This document shows, piece by piece, positions 24,953-38,809 of a stretch of DNA of 64,000 nt. Numbering within the stretch: the first letter of the stretch is position 1; every line of letters starts with the position of its first letter. Both the position numbers and the translations under genes were made by a program. The DNA is from Macrostomum hystrix (taxonomy: Eukaryota; Animalia; Platyhelminthes), in assembly GCA_950097015.1 (NCBI GenBank), contig CATNEN010000003.1:1984001-2048000 (forward strand), written 5' to 3'. The notes below the pieces were generated by a model. It worked only from the letters and a program-made list of their open reading frames with translations. It was not told where the DNA came from and did no database searches.

Positions 24953-27900
24953 TTACAGAAGACACTAAAGGTTAAAATCGAAGGGTGTTACAGAAGACAC
25001 TAAAGGCTAAAATGGAAGGTGTTATAGAAGACACTAAAGGTTAAAATCGAAGGGTGTTACAGAAGACACTGAAGGCTAAAATGGAGGGTGTTATAAAAGA
25101 CACTGAAGGCTAAAATGAAGGGTGTTACAGAAGACACTGAAGGCTAAAATGGAAAGTGTTACAGAAGACACTGAAGGCTAAAATGGAAAGTGTTACAGAA
25201 GACACTGAAGGCTAAAATAGAAGGTGTTACAGAAGACACTGAAGGCTAAAATAGAAGGTGTTACAGAAGACACTGAAGGCTAAAATGGAAGGTGTTACAG
25301 AAGACACTGAAGGCTAAAATGGAGGGTGTTATAAAAGACACTGAAGGCTAAAATGAAGGGTGTTACAGAAGACACTGAAGGCTAAAATGGAAAGTGTTAC
25401 AGAAGACACTGAAGGCTAAAATGGAAAGTGTTACAGAAGACACTGAAGGCTAAAATAGAAGGTGTTACAGAAGACACTGAAGGCTAAAATAGAAGGTGTT
25501 ACAGAAGACACTGAAGGCTAAAATGGAAGGTGTTACAGAAGACACTGAAGGTTAAAATCGAAGGGTGTTACAGAAGACACTGAAGGCTAAAATGGAGGGT
25601 GTTACAGAAGACACTGAAGGCTAAAATGGAAGGTGTTACAGAAGACACTGAAGGCTAAAATGGAAGGTGTTACAGAAGACACTGAAGGCTAAAATGGAGG
25701 GTGTTATAAAAGACACTGAAGGCTAAAATGAAGGGTGTTACAGAAGACACTGAAGGCTAAAATGGAAGGTGTTACAGAAGACACTGAAGGTTAAAATCGA
25801 AGGGTGTTACAGAAGACACTGAAGGCTAAAATGGAGGGTGTTACAGAAGACACTGAAGGCTAAAATGGAAGGTGTTACAGAAGACACTGAAGGCTAAAAT
25901 GGAAGGTGTTACAGAAGACACTGAAGGCTAAAATGGAGGGTGTTATAAAAGACACTGAAGGCTAAAATGAAGGGTGTTACAGAAGACACTGAAGGCTAAA
26001 ATGGAAAGTGTTACAGAAGACACTGAAGGCTAAAATGGAAAGTGTTACAGAAGACACTGAAGGCTAAAATAGAAGGTGTTACAGAAGACACTGAAGGCTA
26101 AAATAGAAGGTGTTACAGAAGACACTGAAGGCTAAAATGGAAGGTGTTACAGAAGACACTGAAGGTTAAAATCGAAGGGTGTTACAGAAGACACTGAAGG
26201 CTAAAATGGAGGGTGTTACAGAAGACACTGAAGGCTAAAATGGAAGGTGTTACAGAAGACACTGAAGGCTAAAATGGAAGGTGTTACAGAAGACACTGAA
26301 GGCAAAGATGGACAGTGCTACAGAAGACACTGAAGGCTAAAATGGAAGGTGTTACAGAAGACACTGAAGGCAAAGATGGAAAGTGTTACAGAAGATACTG
26401 AAGGTTGAAATCGAAGAGTGTTACAGAAGATACTGATGGAATGGAGGGTGTTACAGAAGATACTGAAGGTTAAAATGGAGGGTCGTACAGAAAACACTGA
26501 AGGTTAAAATGGAGGGTCGTACAGAAGACACTGAAGGCTAAAATGGAGGGTGTTACAGAAGACACTAAAGGTTAAAATGGAGGGTGTTACAGAAGACACT
26601 GAAGGCTAAAATGGAAAGTGTTACAGAAGACACTGAAGGCTAAAATGGAGGGTGTTACAGAAGACACTGAAGGCTAAAATGGAGGGTGTTACAGAAGACA
26701 CTGAAGGCTAAAATGGAAAGTGTTACAGAAGACACTGAAGGCTAAAATAGAAGGTGTTACAGAAGACACTGAAGGCTAAAATAGAAGGTGTTACAGAAGA
26801 CACTGAAGGCTAAAATGGAAGGTGTTACAGAAGACACTGAAGGTTAAAATGGAAGGTGTTACAGAAGACACTGAAGGCTAAAATGGAAGGTGTTACAGAA
26901 GACACTGAAGGCTAAAATGGAAAGTGTTACAGAAGACACTGAAGGCTAAAATGGAAGGTGTTACAGAAGACACTGAAGGCTAAAATGGAGGGTGTTACAG
27001 AAGACACTGAAGGCTAAAATGGAGGGTGTTACAGAAGACACTGAAGGCTAAAATGGAAGGTGTTACAGAAGACACTGAAGGCTAAAATGGAGGGTGTTAC
27101 AGAAGACACTGAAGGCTAAAATGGAAAGTGTTACAGAAGACACTGAAGGCTAAAATGGAAAGTGTTACAGAAGACACTGAAGGCTAAAATGGAGGGTGTT
27201 ACAGAAGACACTGAAGGCTAAAATGGAAGGTGTTACAGAAGACACTGAAGGCTAAAATGGAAGGTGTTACAGAAGACACTGAAGGCTAAAATGGAGGGTG
27301 TTACAGAAGACACTGAAGGCTAAAATGGAAAGTGTTACAGAAGACACTGAAGGCTAAAATAGAAGGTGTTACAGAAGACACTAAAGGTTAAAATCGAAGG
27401 GTGTTACAGAAGACACTGAAGGCTAAAATGGAGGGTGTTACAGAAGACACTGAAGGCTAAAATGGAAGGTGTTAGAGAAGGCACTGAAGGCTAAAATGGA
27501 GGGTGTTACAGAAGACACTGAAGGCTAAAATGGAGGGTGTTACAGAAGACACTGAAGGCTAAAATGGAAAGTGTTACAGAAGACACTGAAGGCTAAAATG
27601 GAAGGTGTTACAGAAGACACTGAAGGCTAAAATGGAAGGTGTTACAGAAGACACTGAAGGCTAAAATGGAAAGTGTTACAGAAGACACTGAAGGCTAAAA
27701 TGGAAAGTGTTACAGAAGACACTGAAGGCTAAAATGGAAAGTGTTACAGAAGACACTGAAGGCTAAAATGGAAAGTGTTACAGAAGACACTGAAGGCTAA
27801 AATGGAAAGTGTTACAGAAGACACTGAAGGCTAAAATGGAAAGTGTTACAGAAGACACTGAAGGCTAAAATAGAAGGTGTTACAGAAGACACTAAAGGTT

Positions 27901-30450
27901 AAAATCGAAGGGTGTTACAGAAGACACTGAAGGCTAAAATGGAAAGTGTTACAGAAGACACTGAAGGCTAAAATGGAGGGTGTTACAGAAGACACTGAAG
28001 GCTAAAATGGAAGGTGTTACAGAAGACACTGAAGGCTAAAATAGAAGGTGTTACAGAAGACACTGAAGGCTAAAATAGAAGGTGTTACAGAAGACACTGA
28101 AGGCTAAAATAGAAGGTGTTACAGAAGACACTGAAGGCTAAAATAGAAGGTGTTACAGAAGACACTAAAGGTTAAAATCGAAGGGTGTTACAGAAGACAC
28201 TGAAGGCTAAAATGGAGGGTGTTACAGAAGACACTGAAGGCTAAAATGGAAAGTGTTACAGAAGACACTGAAGGCTAAAATGGAGGGTGTTACAGAAGAC
28301 ACTGAAGGCTAAAATGGAGGGTGTTACAGAAGACACTGAAGGCTAAAATGGAGGGTGTTACAGAAGACACTGAAGGCTAAAATGGAAGGTGTTACAGAAG
28401 ACACTGAAGGCAAAGATGGAAGGTGTTACAGAAGACACTGAAGGCTAAAATGGAAGGTGTTACAGAAGACACTGAAGGCTAAAATGGAGGGTGTTACAGA
28501 AGACACTGAAGGCTAAAATGGAGGGTGTTACAGAAGACACTGAAGGCTAAAATGGAAAGTGTTACAGAAGACACTGAAGGCTAAAATGGAAAGTGTTACA
28601 GAAGACACTGAAGGCTAAAATGGAAGGTGTTACAGAAGACACTGAAGGCTAAAATGGAAGGTGTTACAGAAGACACTGAAGGCTAAAATGGAAGGTGTTA
28701 CAGAAGACACTGAAGGCAAAGATGGAAAGTGTTACAGAAGACACTGAAGGCTAAAATGGAAAGTGTTACAGAAGACACTGAAGGCTAAAATGGAAGGTGT
28801 TACAGAAGACACTGAAGGCTAAAATGGAAGGTGTTACAGAAGACACTGAAGGCTAAAATGGAAGGTGTTACAGAAGACACTGAAGGCTAAAATGGAAGGT
28901 GTTACAGAAGACACTGAAGGCTAAAATGGAAGGTGTTACAGAAGACACTGAAGGCAAAGATGGAAGGTGTTACAGAAGACACTGAAGGCTAAAATGGAAA
29001 GTGTTACAGAAGACACTGAAGGCTAAAATGGAAGGTGTTACAGAAGACACTGAAGGCTAAAATGGAAGGTGTTACAGAAGACACTGAAGGCTAAAATGGA
29101 AGGTGTTACAGAAGACACTGAAGGCTAAAGATGGAAAGTGTTACAGAAGACACTGAAGGCTAAAATGGAAAGTGTTACAGAAGACACTGAAGGCTAAAAT
29201 GGAAGGTGTTACAGAAGACACTGAAGGCTAAAATGGAAGGTGTTACAGAAGACACTGAAGGCTAAAATGGAGGGTGTTACAGAAGACACTGAAGGCTAAA
29301 ATGGAAGGTGTTACAGAAGACACTGAAGGCTAAAATGGAAGGTGTTACAGAAGACACTGAAGGCAAAGATGGAAAGTGTTACAGAAGACACTGAAGGCTA
29401 AAATGGAAAGTGTTACAGAAGACACTGAAGGCTAAAATGGAAAGTGTTACAGAAGACACTGAAGGCTAAAATAGAAGGTGTTACAGAAGACACTAAAGGT
29501 TAAAATCGAAGGGTGTTACAGAAGACACTGAAGGCTAAAATGGAAAGTGTTACAGAAGACACTGAAGGCTAAAATGGAGGGTGTTACAGAAGACACTGAA
29601 GGCTAAAATGGAAAGTGTTACAGAAGACACTGAAGGCTAAAATAGAAGGTGTTACAGAAGACACTGAAGGCTAAAATGGAAGGTGTTACAGAAGACACTG
29701 AAGGCTAAAATGGAAGGTGTTACAGAAGACACTGAAGGCTAAAATGGAGGGTGTTACAGAAGACACTGAAGGCTAAAATGGAAGGTGTTACAGAAGACAC
29801 TGAAGGCTAAAATGGAAGGTGTTACAGAAGACACTGAAGGCAAAGATGGAAAGTGTTACAGAAGACACTGAAGGCTAAAATGGAAAGTGTTACAGAAGAC
29901 ACTGAAGGCTAAAATGGAAAGTGTTACAGAAGACACTGAAGGCTAAAATGGAAGGTGTTACAGAAGACACTGAAGGCTAAAATGGAAGGTGTTACAGAAG
30001 ACACTGAAGGCTAAAATGGAAGGTGTTACAGAAGACACTGAAGGCAAAGATGGAAAGTGTTACAGAAGACACTGAAGGCTAAAATGGAAAGTGTTACAGA
30101 AGACACTGAAGGCTAAAATGGAAGGTGTTACAGAAGACACTGAAGGCTAAAATGGAAGGTGTTACAGAAGACACTGAAGGCTAAAATGGAAGGTGTTACA
30201 GAAGACACTGAAGGCAAAGATGGAAGGTGTTACAGAAGACACTGAAGGCAAAGATGGAAAGTGTTACAGAAGATACTGAAGGTTGAAATCGAAGAGTGTT
30301 ATAGAAGATACTGATGGAATGGAGGGTGTTACAGAAGATACTGAAGGTTAAAATGGAGGGTCGTACAGAAAACACTGAAGGTTAAAATGGAGGGTGGTAC
30401 AGAAAACACTGAAGGTTAAAATGGAGGGTGGTACAGATGACAGTAAAGGT
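24953..30450. repeat. 5.5-kb satellite of 34-bp units (TGTTACAGAAGACACTGAAGGCTAAAATGGAAGG)
   Basis: Direct reading; variant units interspersed. Confidence 0.97.
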
Positions 30451-31554
30451 TTGAAAGAGGGTGCATTAGACCGTGTTTAGCTTAACATTGAACTTTGAGC
30501 ATACTTGTTCTCTTAAGCAGCCGTGTGGGTCTTTGATAGATTGAAAAATAACCCATTGAAATCGTGCAATGGCTGAACTGACAATCTGACTGTGTATATT
30601 GTTATGCATTATTTTTTTTTTAAAGTATCTCGCGCTATAGTTAGGGTTAAGACACGCGGCACAGATCTATTTTCTGTTTAGACTTTAGCTCAATCAAAGC
30701 CATGAAGCCCTGAATCTATAAACTGGAGAGATAAACCCCCATTTTCCGGACCAGTGAAGGCTGACTTGGCTGTCCCGAAACACACTAAGCAGTTAGGAAA
30801 TTCTGATGGCTACTTGGAGAAAAAACACTTATAACTTCTGTTTTACGAGTATTACAAATTTGAATGCTCTACATTTTATGCTGAAGCTTGTGTGCCTACC
30901 TGTCTTAGCTAGTGAGCTGTGCCTAAACAAAGTTAAAGTATTTTCGACACAGCTAGTCAGCCTACACTGGGCCGGACAATGGGGGCTTGGCGGGGCATTG
31001 TCTGTCCAGTTTCTAGATTCAGAACTATATTCCTAAGCTAATCTAAGCTAGCTTATAAAGACTCCTGCTGCTAGTATAACAGAAGCGATGTGGGTAGGAG
31101 AGAAAACTGAAAATGGCGGGTGGTTTGTTTATTCACAAAAAGACACGGGACCCCCCCCACTCCAAACCCGCATTAAACAGCGATGAAAAGGGGGAAAATG
31201 ATCATCTTTATGACTTGAATGAATCATTCTAGCCGCGGCAGATGATATACTCAGCTAATAAGCATAGATAAATGCAATACTTGTTTGCGATAATAAATTA
31301 GAGGCAAAATAGTTTTTTTACTTCAACTTTTGCTTCTGAAAATTGACAAAATTATTTCTGCTCCAAATGCTTAATCAGATAGTAAATGTTTTGGACATGG
31401 AACAAAAATAATTGCGCTATGACAAGTTTAATTGACAACGTATTTATTGAATTGACAAGCAATTAATTGAGAATTGAGATCACATGAGGTCAGGGTGCCA
31501 TCTGAGGATTTGACTAGATAATCACTAAAATATATTGCAATGAGGCTATAGTAA

Positions 31555-32268
31555 TAGATCTGAAGGTATAGGAAAAGATCTGAAGGTATAGGAGTAGACC
31601 TGAAGGTATAAGAACAGACCTGACGCTATAAGAATAGCCCTGAAGGTATAAGAATAGACCTGAAGGTATAAGAACAGATCTGAAGGTATAAGAACAGACC
31701 TGAAGGTATGGGAATAGATCTGAAGGTATAAGAACAGACCTGACGGTATGGGAATAGATCTGAAGGTATAAGAATAGACCTGACGGTATGGGAATAGATC
31801 TGAAGGTATAAGAACAGACCTGACGGTATGGGAATAGATCTGAAGGTATAAGAACAGACCTGACGGTATGGGAATAGATCTGAAGGTATAAGAACAGACC
31901 TGACGGTATGGGAATAGATCTGAAGGTATAAGAATAGACCTGATGGTATGGGAATAGATCTGAAGGTATAAGAACAGACCTGACGGTATGGGAATAGATC
32001 TGAAGGTATAAGAATAGACCTGACGGTATGGGAATAGATCTGAAGGTATAAGAATAGACCTGAAGGTATAAGAATAGACCTGACGGTATGGGAATAGATC
32101 TGAAGGTATAAGAACAGACCTGACGGTATGGGAATAGATCTGAAGGTATAAGAACAGACCTGATGATATGGGAATAGATCTGAAGGTATAAGAATAGACC
32201 TGACGGTATGGGAATAGATCTGAAGGTATAAGAATAGACATAAATGTGTGGGAATAGACCCAAAGGTA
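31555..32268. repeat. 20-bp units arranged mostly as a 40-bp dimer (TGAAGGTATAAGAACAGACC TGACGGTATGGGAATAGATC)
   Basis: Direct reading. Confidence 0.93.
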
Positions 32269-32284
32269 TGGTAATTAATTGAAT

Positions 32285-32370
32285 CCTGCTTACAGCTGTT
32301 CAGTCCATGGACTGGAGTAGGGGGTAGCCACACCCACCCCAGTTTCTATAAAATCAAATGCTGGCACCCT
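32285..32370 (-). mobile_element. SINE family A fragment
   Basis: CAGCTGTTCAGTCCATGGACTGG shared with the 18.5 kb and 20.6 kb copies. Confidence 0.6.
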
Positions 32371-32459
32371 ATTCTTTTATCCTGGATTGTTTCAAATCCG
32401 AAACTAGGCAAATAGGTAAATTACACCTTTTTAGACTTACCTTCTAGTTAAAATAACAT

Positions 32460-32930
32460 TCAGATGTCCAATATAACAAAGACTTCGTGCTTGCTAGGAT
32501 CGTCATAGACTTGCATATTAGAATAGGTTATGGCCTTAACCTCCGTGCCCTGAGGATGCTTGCCCAATCGGAAGGTCTCGCCGTAGCCAACGGATTTGAT
32601 TCTGAATTGCGCTACGTCGAATTCAAGAATGCGAACTATTCTAGGAAAGAAGAAGTCATCTGCGCTGAACGCGAACAGCCATTCGTCTAGGAAGTGAAAC
32701 AGCAGCGATTGCAGATCGTCTCCTTCAGCTGTCACTTCCAGGCGATGAGTCATTGACACGGTGTCATAGTCGGTGGTCATGTAGTTAAACATTGCCATAG
32801 CCACTTGTTCAAACGATTCCGATAGGTCATCGCCCCAGGCGTGCAATTGTACATCGGCTGTGTGGTCCAGGTATTCAAATTTACATTCAGGTAGTTCGGT
32901 TGGTACCTCGGAATCGTCTAATTCTTCCAT
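32460..32930 (-). CDS. ZBTB8OS: Archease (RtcB tRNA-ligase cofactor), intronless CDS
   Basis: FEYLDHTADVQLHAWG ... KHPQGTEVKAITYSNMQ ... VFVILDI; 156 aa. Confidence 0.95.
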   Translation of the reverse strand: MEELDDSEVPTELPECKFEYLDHTADVQLHAWGDDLSESFEQVAMAMFNYMTTDYDTVSMTHRLEVTAEGDDLQSLLFHFLDEWLFAFSADDFFFPRIVRILEFDVAQFRIKSVGYGETFRLGKHPQGTEVKAITYSNMQVYDDPSKHEVFVILDI

Positions 32931-33192
32931 TGATTTGTTTTATTTGAATGTCAGGTTGGCTTGCTAAGCGGCTGAAATATTAATCAGATATCAGCAAAAT
33001 AGACAGAATTGCATGAAAATACGATTGCTTCGACGCCAAAAGTCCCACCCTCTGAGAATCTTGTTATAATTATAAATTTATATTCGGATTTTAAGATCAC
33101 AAACTACGGATAACAATCTTTGTAGGAAGATTAAAGCCTTCTGGGCCTTCTAACCGAGAGTTCTAGTCTCTGAAGGTTATAATCGTAATTAT

Positions 33193-33361
33193 AAGGCTAC
33201 AGGTTGTAGCCTAGTGGTGAGGGCGTCGGACTCACGACTTGAAGGTCGGGGGTTCGATTCCCGACTCCACTGGAACAATTTGTGTCATTTAGCAAGACAC
33301 TTAACTCAATAACCCGACCCAACACTTAACACTTAACCCAATTGGGGCAGGTGTAATAAAA
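33193..33361 (+). mobile_element. SINE family A, internally deleted copy with TSD
   Basis: tRNA head 33202-33270 joined to 3' end CCCAATTGGGGCAGGTGTAATAAA; TSD AATCGTAATTAT at 33181-33192 and 33362-33373. Confidence 0.85.
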
Positions 33362-35480
33362 AATCGTAATTATGAAGTATTTCATAAACAGTAGAGAGAC
33401 CACACAAGGGTATTTCAAATACCCACTGCCTAATTGACGACAGCTCCCAAACTGAATGACCAATTTTCTTTAAAGTTCACGATCTGAATCAAAATTTTCC
33501 GCTTTTTACGATGAACTTGTATGTTTTGTGATAGTGTAAGTTTTCATCGGATAGAGCAGAACATTTTGGGAGATACAGACAACAACAAAAATGTGGGTAT
33601 TTTAAATCCTAGGTAGATGAGATGAAAGAATTACTAGGATTCAACAAGAAACTGACTGATAAGCTAAATGAAAATCACAGATTTTACTTGTTCTTTTGTT
33701 AAAATTGCACGCTATTTCCACCTGAATTTGATGCCTTTAAGATGATAACGATTGACAAAAAAACGGCTCGTGACGACGTTGCATTTATAACCTACAACCA
33801 AATATTACGATATGTTGTGAAAATAACATTGTTTAACTATAAGTGTTTTTAGCGCTTTAATTGATTTGTGGTATTAAAATACTTGTTACTTCTTCAAGCC
33901 CTTTAAAAAGGACAATCAATATTCTGAAAAAACTCAGTTTTTCTGTGTAAAGTGAGCCAATTAGATAGGTAGGTTAAGACCTGTCATTTTCTGACGAAAA
34001 GACAGTCTTCTCTAACAAAAAGATCTTCATCAAATTACAGACTAGTTGTATAATGGGGTATTCGAGTTAAAAGCAAATGTGGAAACAGAATTTGTTTGCT
34101 GAAAAGTTATAAATAATGTGTTTAGGGAGGCGTAAAGCTAGGTATTCGATGTTATGGACAGCAGAAATTCTGATAGTTTTCGGTAATCAATATTTGGGAT
34201 AAATAAGTAATCATTTCGTGAATCGGGGGTTGGGATTTTGGGATTTGGGATCAATTTGGGATAAATTAGTAATCAATATTTACGATAGATAAATATGATT
34301 TTTCAATTGAGATTTCGGATAAATATCAGTTTGTCGATTTTTTATGTTTGAAGAAATTACAAAAATTTTTTTTTTAAATCAAGGTTGGGAGATTAGGATC
34401 TACGGTGAGTAGAATAATGAAGTTAAAAAAATTTACTTCGCGACTAAAAAGAACTATAAATGTGGCAAGGGGGGCAAAAGTACTTGTACTTTTGCAAGTA
34501 GGGTCATCGAGTAGAAATAGCAAAATGTTTCCCCATTAAAAACGCAATCGCTAGAAATAAATTTATCCTTCAAGCAATAGCTAATAAAAAGAAGATATTA
34601 TTACTAAAAATGGTAAGAGATTTGGAGTGGAATAAAACAAAAAGCTCAACGTTTAACTACATGTACTCGTAGCGTTCAGTTCTCTATTGATATAGCCTAC
34701 TCAAACCTACTCAAAAGAATACTGTTTTACATAAGTGCCTGACAAGTACTATAGTTAGATATCTATAATAAGTAACCCACTATAGCTATATCAACGGGTC
34801 GGATAGCAATGCAAAAAATAGCTAATTACTTAATTAATAGTGCGATCACGCGATTGAATAGGAATAGCCCACGTTAAAACATAGTTAGAACATGATAAGT
34901 AAACTATGTAATCCGGTATTAACAGTAGGACTACCAAGGGTGTCCCCAACTGACAAGTTTATGTGCTGCACCCGAACGGAACAACGCAAGCTCACGGAAC
35001 TCAAGAAGACAAGGAACCGAATTTTTGTTGCGCATTCTGAAAAAAATCTAACTCGCCAGCTTTAATGCCGTCGAGATATTCAACGGTTCTGGTCGAAGGT
35101 ATGATTTTTCCCATAAGCACTACTGTATTTCATACACCCCTAAACACGAATTAGCACCGCGCCTCAGTGCGGCCTTGCCAGGCCTTCAGAATTTATCAGC
35201 ATGTCACCCGAATGTGCCTGCATCATCTCCGTCTTCGGTAGTCACCTACCTCTATCTAGACGGACTGCTGGACCTTCAAGGGCTACAACAGGTGGAACTA
35301 GGCCACAATGGACACCCGGACACGAATTTCTCCTATTTCTCTGATCAAGCCTAAATATTAGGCGCAGCTCAACCACAGTACACCATCGCCTAGTCTGTCA
35401 ACCAATCAGTCACCATCCAACGCTGTTAGCATTCGGGCGCTGCCAGTATTGAACCAGTTTAATTTAAACCAATTCAACCA

Positions 35481-36593
35481 GATAATTCAGTCACACTAGT
35501 CGATAATTCAGTCACACTAGTCGATAATTCAGTCACACTAGTCGATAATTCAGTCACACTAGTCGATAATTCAGTCACACTAGTCGATAATTCAGTCACA
35601 CTAGTCGATAATTCAGTCACACTAGTCGATAATTCAGTCACACTAGTCGATAATTCAGTCACACTAGTCGATAATTCAGTCACACTAGTCGATAATTCAG
35701 TCACACTAGTCGATAATTCAGTCACACTAATCGATAATTCAGTCACACTAATCGATAATTCAGTCACACTAATCGATAATTCAGTCACACTAGTCGATAA
35801 TTAAGTCACACTAATCGATAATTCAGTCACACTAATCGATAATTCAGTCACACTAATCGATAATTCAGTCACACTAGTCGATAATTCAGTCACACTAGTC
35901 GATAATTCAGTCACACTAGTCGATAATTAAGTCACACTAGTCGATAATTAAGTCACACTAATCCATAATTAAGTCACACTAGTCGATAATTCAGTCACAC
36001 TAGTCGATAATTCAGTCACACTAATCGATAATTCAGTCACACTAATCGATAATTAAGTCACACTAGTCGATAATTCAGTCACACTAGTCGATAATTCAGT
36101 CACACTAATCGATAATGAAGTCACACTAGTCGATAGTTAAGTCACACTAATCGATAATTCAGTCACACTAATCGATAATTCAGTCACACTAATCGATAAT
36201 TCAGTCACACTAATCGATAATTCAGTCACACTAATCGATAATGAAGTCACACTAGTCGATAATTCAGTCACACTAGTCGATAATTCAGTCACACTAGTCG
36301 ATAATTAAGTCACACTAGTCGATAATTAAGTCACACTAATCCATAATTAAGTTACACTAGTCGATAATTCAGTCACACTAGTCGATAATTCAGTCACACT
36401 AGTCGATAATTAAGTCACACTAGTTGATAATTAAGTCACACTAATCGATAATTAAGTCACACTAATCGATAATTCAGTCACACTAGTCGATAATTCAGTC
36501 ACACTAGTCGATAATTAAGTCACACTAGTCGATAATTCAGTCACACTACTCGATAATTCAGTCACACTAGTCGATAATCCAGTCACACTAATC
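35481..36593. repeat. 21-bp minisatellite (GATAATTCAGTCACACTAGTC)
   Basis: Direct reading. Confidence 0.95.
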
Positions 36594-37255
36594 GGCAAGG
36601 TGCAAGGTGCAAGGATTGCACAAAAACTGATTGGCACCATTTTTATCTGAAGCAAACAGAATTGATGCTTAACACTTACGAATAAATTAAACTAATGATA
36701 TGCTCTGTTAACTCAGTCCAATTCTGAATTCTATTCTGCAATAAAATTCAGAATAAGGAAATCAGGTTTTTGATTCTAACAAAAGCTACAGTAGAGTCAT
36801 TGAGTAACGTCGAATGAGTAAGCAATGGAACATTTGAGGATTTTCAACAAGGATTATCTAATCCGGATTCGAAGACAACGATTTGAATACTGGGATTCGA
36901 AAGAATGGGATTCGAAATCTAGATATCAGAATTTGGGATCTTAAAATTGGGATTTAGGACTGCTAAATGGGATTCAGAATCTTGGTATTCGGATTTGGGA
37001 TTAAAAAACTAGGATTTTACGTCGAATTATCATAACAGTTACTAAGGAAGGTAAATCCTAAATTTTCTAAAGTACAAACTACAAATGAAAAAACCTAATG
37101 CAAAGGGGAAGTTTATTTCATCCAAAAATGCAAAATAATCTTTCGAAATTTATTTCAGCCATTTTCATTGAACAAACGAAAGCAAATGCTTCAAAAAAAC
37201 TTCTTTGTACTGGCAACTAGAGAACATATTGCGTCAACCAAGCCACTAGGTGGAA

Positions 37256-37429
37256 CTATTTCATTAGAAATTCGCTCTCCTTTTCACCGTCCAACCAATC
37301 AAAGACCACTCGCAAACTACGCGGACTGTCCTTCGGCGCGCCCAAGCTGATTTTGAACTCCAACGACTGGCCGACAATCAATTCAACTGGCTTGCGCAGG
37401 TAGAATATAGTCTGGCCCCAGTGCGTTAC
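37256..37429 (-). CDS. PRMT3: PRMT3 exon 6 (THW loop to stop); total CDS 1689 nt, 562 aa
   Basis: ctgcag|GTA gives VTHWGQTIFYL; stop at 37256. Confidence 0.85.
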   Translation of the reverse strand, partial: VTHWGQTIFYLRKPVELIVGQSLEFKISLGAPKDSPRSLRVVFDWLDGEKESEFLMK

Positions 37430-37552
37430 CTGCAGATTCAGTGGTTTAAAACACTGCTTCAAACACGGATAAGAAGATGAGAGGATATAGAAATTTAGCA
37501 ATTCTGAGATTCAAATACTCCGTATTAAGAATCTACTACGAAGGAACTAGTA

Positions 37553-38441
37553 AGGATCTGGGATGGGGCATTGGGGATCTCGGATGGAGCATTGGGGATC
37601 TGGGATGGAGCATTGGGGATCTGGGATGGAGCATTGGGGATCTAAGATGTAGTATTGGGGATCTGGGATGGAGGATTGGGGATCTGGGGTGGAGCACTGG
37701 GGATCTGGGATGTAGTATTGGGGATCTAGGATGTAGTTTTGGGGATCTGGGATGGAGCATTGGGGATCTGGGATGGAGCATTGGGGATCTAGGATGTAGT
37801 TTTGGGGATCTGGGATGGAGCATTGGGGATCTGGGATGGAGCATTGGGGATCTGGGATGGAGCATTGGGGATCTGGGATGGAGCATTGGGGATCTGGGAT
37901 GTAGTTTTAGGGATCTGGGATGGAGCATTGGGGATCTGGGATCGAGCATTGGGGATCTGGGATGGAGCATTGGGGATCTGGGATGGAGCATTGGGGATCT
38001 GGGATGAAGTATTGGGGATCTGGGATGTAGTATTGGGGATCTGGGATGTAGTATTGGGGATCTGGGATGGAATATTGGGGATCTGGGATGGAGCATTGGG
38101 GATCTGGGATGGAGTATTGGGGATCTGGGACGGAGTATTGGGGATCTGGGATGGAGTATTGGGGATCTGGGATGGAGTATTGGGGATCTGGGATGGAGTG
38201 TTGGGGATCTGGGATGGAGTATTGGGGATCTGGGATGGAGTGTTGGGGATCTGGGATGGAGTATTGGGGATCTGGGATGGAGTATTGGGGATCTGGGATG
38301 GAGTGTTGGGGATCTGGGATGGAGTGTTGGGGATCTGGGATGGAGTGTTGGGGATCTGGGATGGAGTATTGGGGATCTGGGATGGAGTGTTGGGGATCTG
38401 GGATGGAGCATTGGGGATCTGGGATGGAGTATTGGGGATCT
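37553..38441. repeat. 21-bp minisatellite (GGGGATCTGGGATGGAGCATT)
   Basis: Direct reading; PRMT3 intron 5. Confidence 0.95.
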
Positions 38442-38552
38442 TAGTTTTCAGTATTTCAGAGCTCGGTACAAAATAAAATTTATAATATATATTGCATGGC
38501 ATACGAATCAGGTATAAAAGTGTATTGTGTGTATTCTGTGGGTGAAACCTAC

Positions 38553-38690
38553 CTCGCTTAATGGTCCCGTGCTAAATTGAACGTTGTTGCCAACGTCACC
38601 TTCACCCAGGAAGTCAACGTCAAAGTAGCCGACAATCGCGTGCAGCCGGCAATTACGCTTAGCCGTCAGTATTACGGGAGCGGATTCGAC
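38553..38690 (-). CDS. PRMT3: PRMT3 exon 5
   Basis: ttgcag|GTC; AIVGYFDVDF ... FSTGP; GAG|gtaggt. Confidence 0.85.
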
Positions 38691-38809
38691 CTGCAATTAT
38701 GATTGGAATATAGGAACAATTTCAGGACTCCATACGCTGATAGTCTACTTAAAGTAGACCATTTAGCTTATTTCTATGCGTTTGGGCATTTAGAAGTTAA
38801 AAAGACACT

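Noticed and set aside
24953-30450. CRISPR-like appearance of 31-38 bp arrays (also 10420, 13177, 44180)
   Set aside because: Head-to-tail repeats with no unique spacers, no cas genes, and a eukaryotic context.
34938-35318. Tc1/mariner-like GGGTGTCC...GGACACCC ends
   Set aside because: Only an 8-bp inverted match with no TSD; too weak to call.
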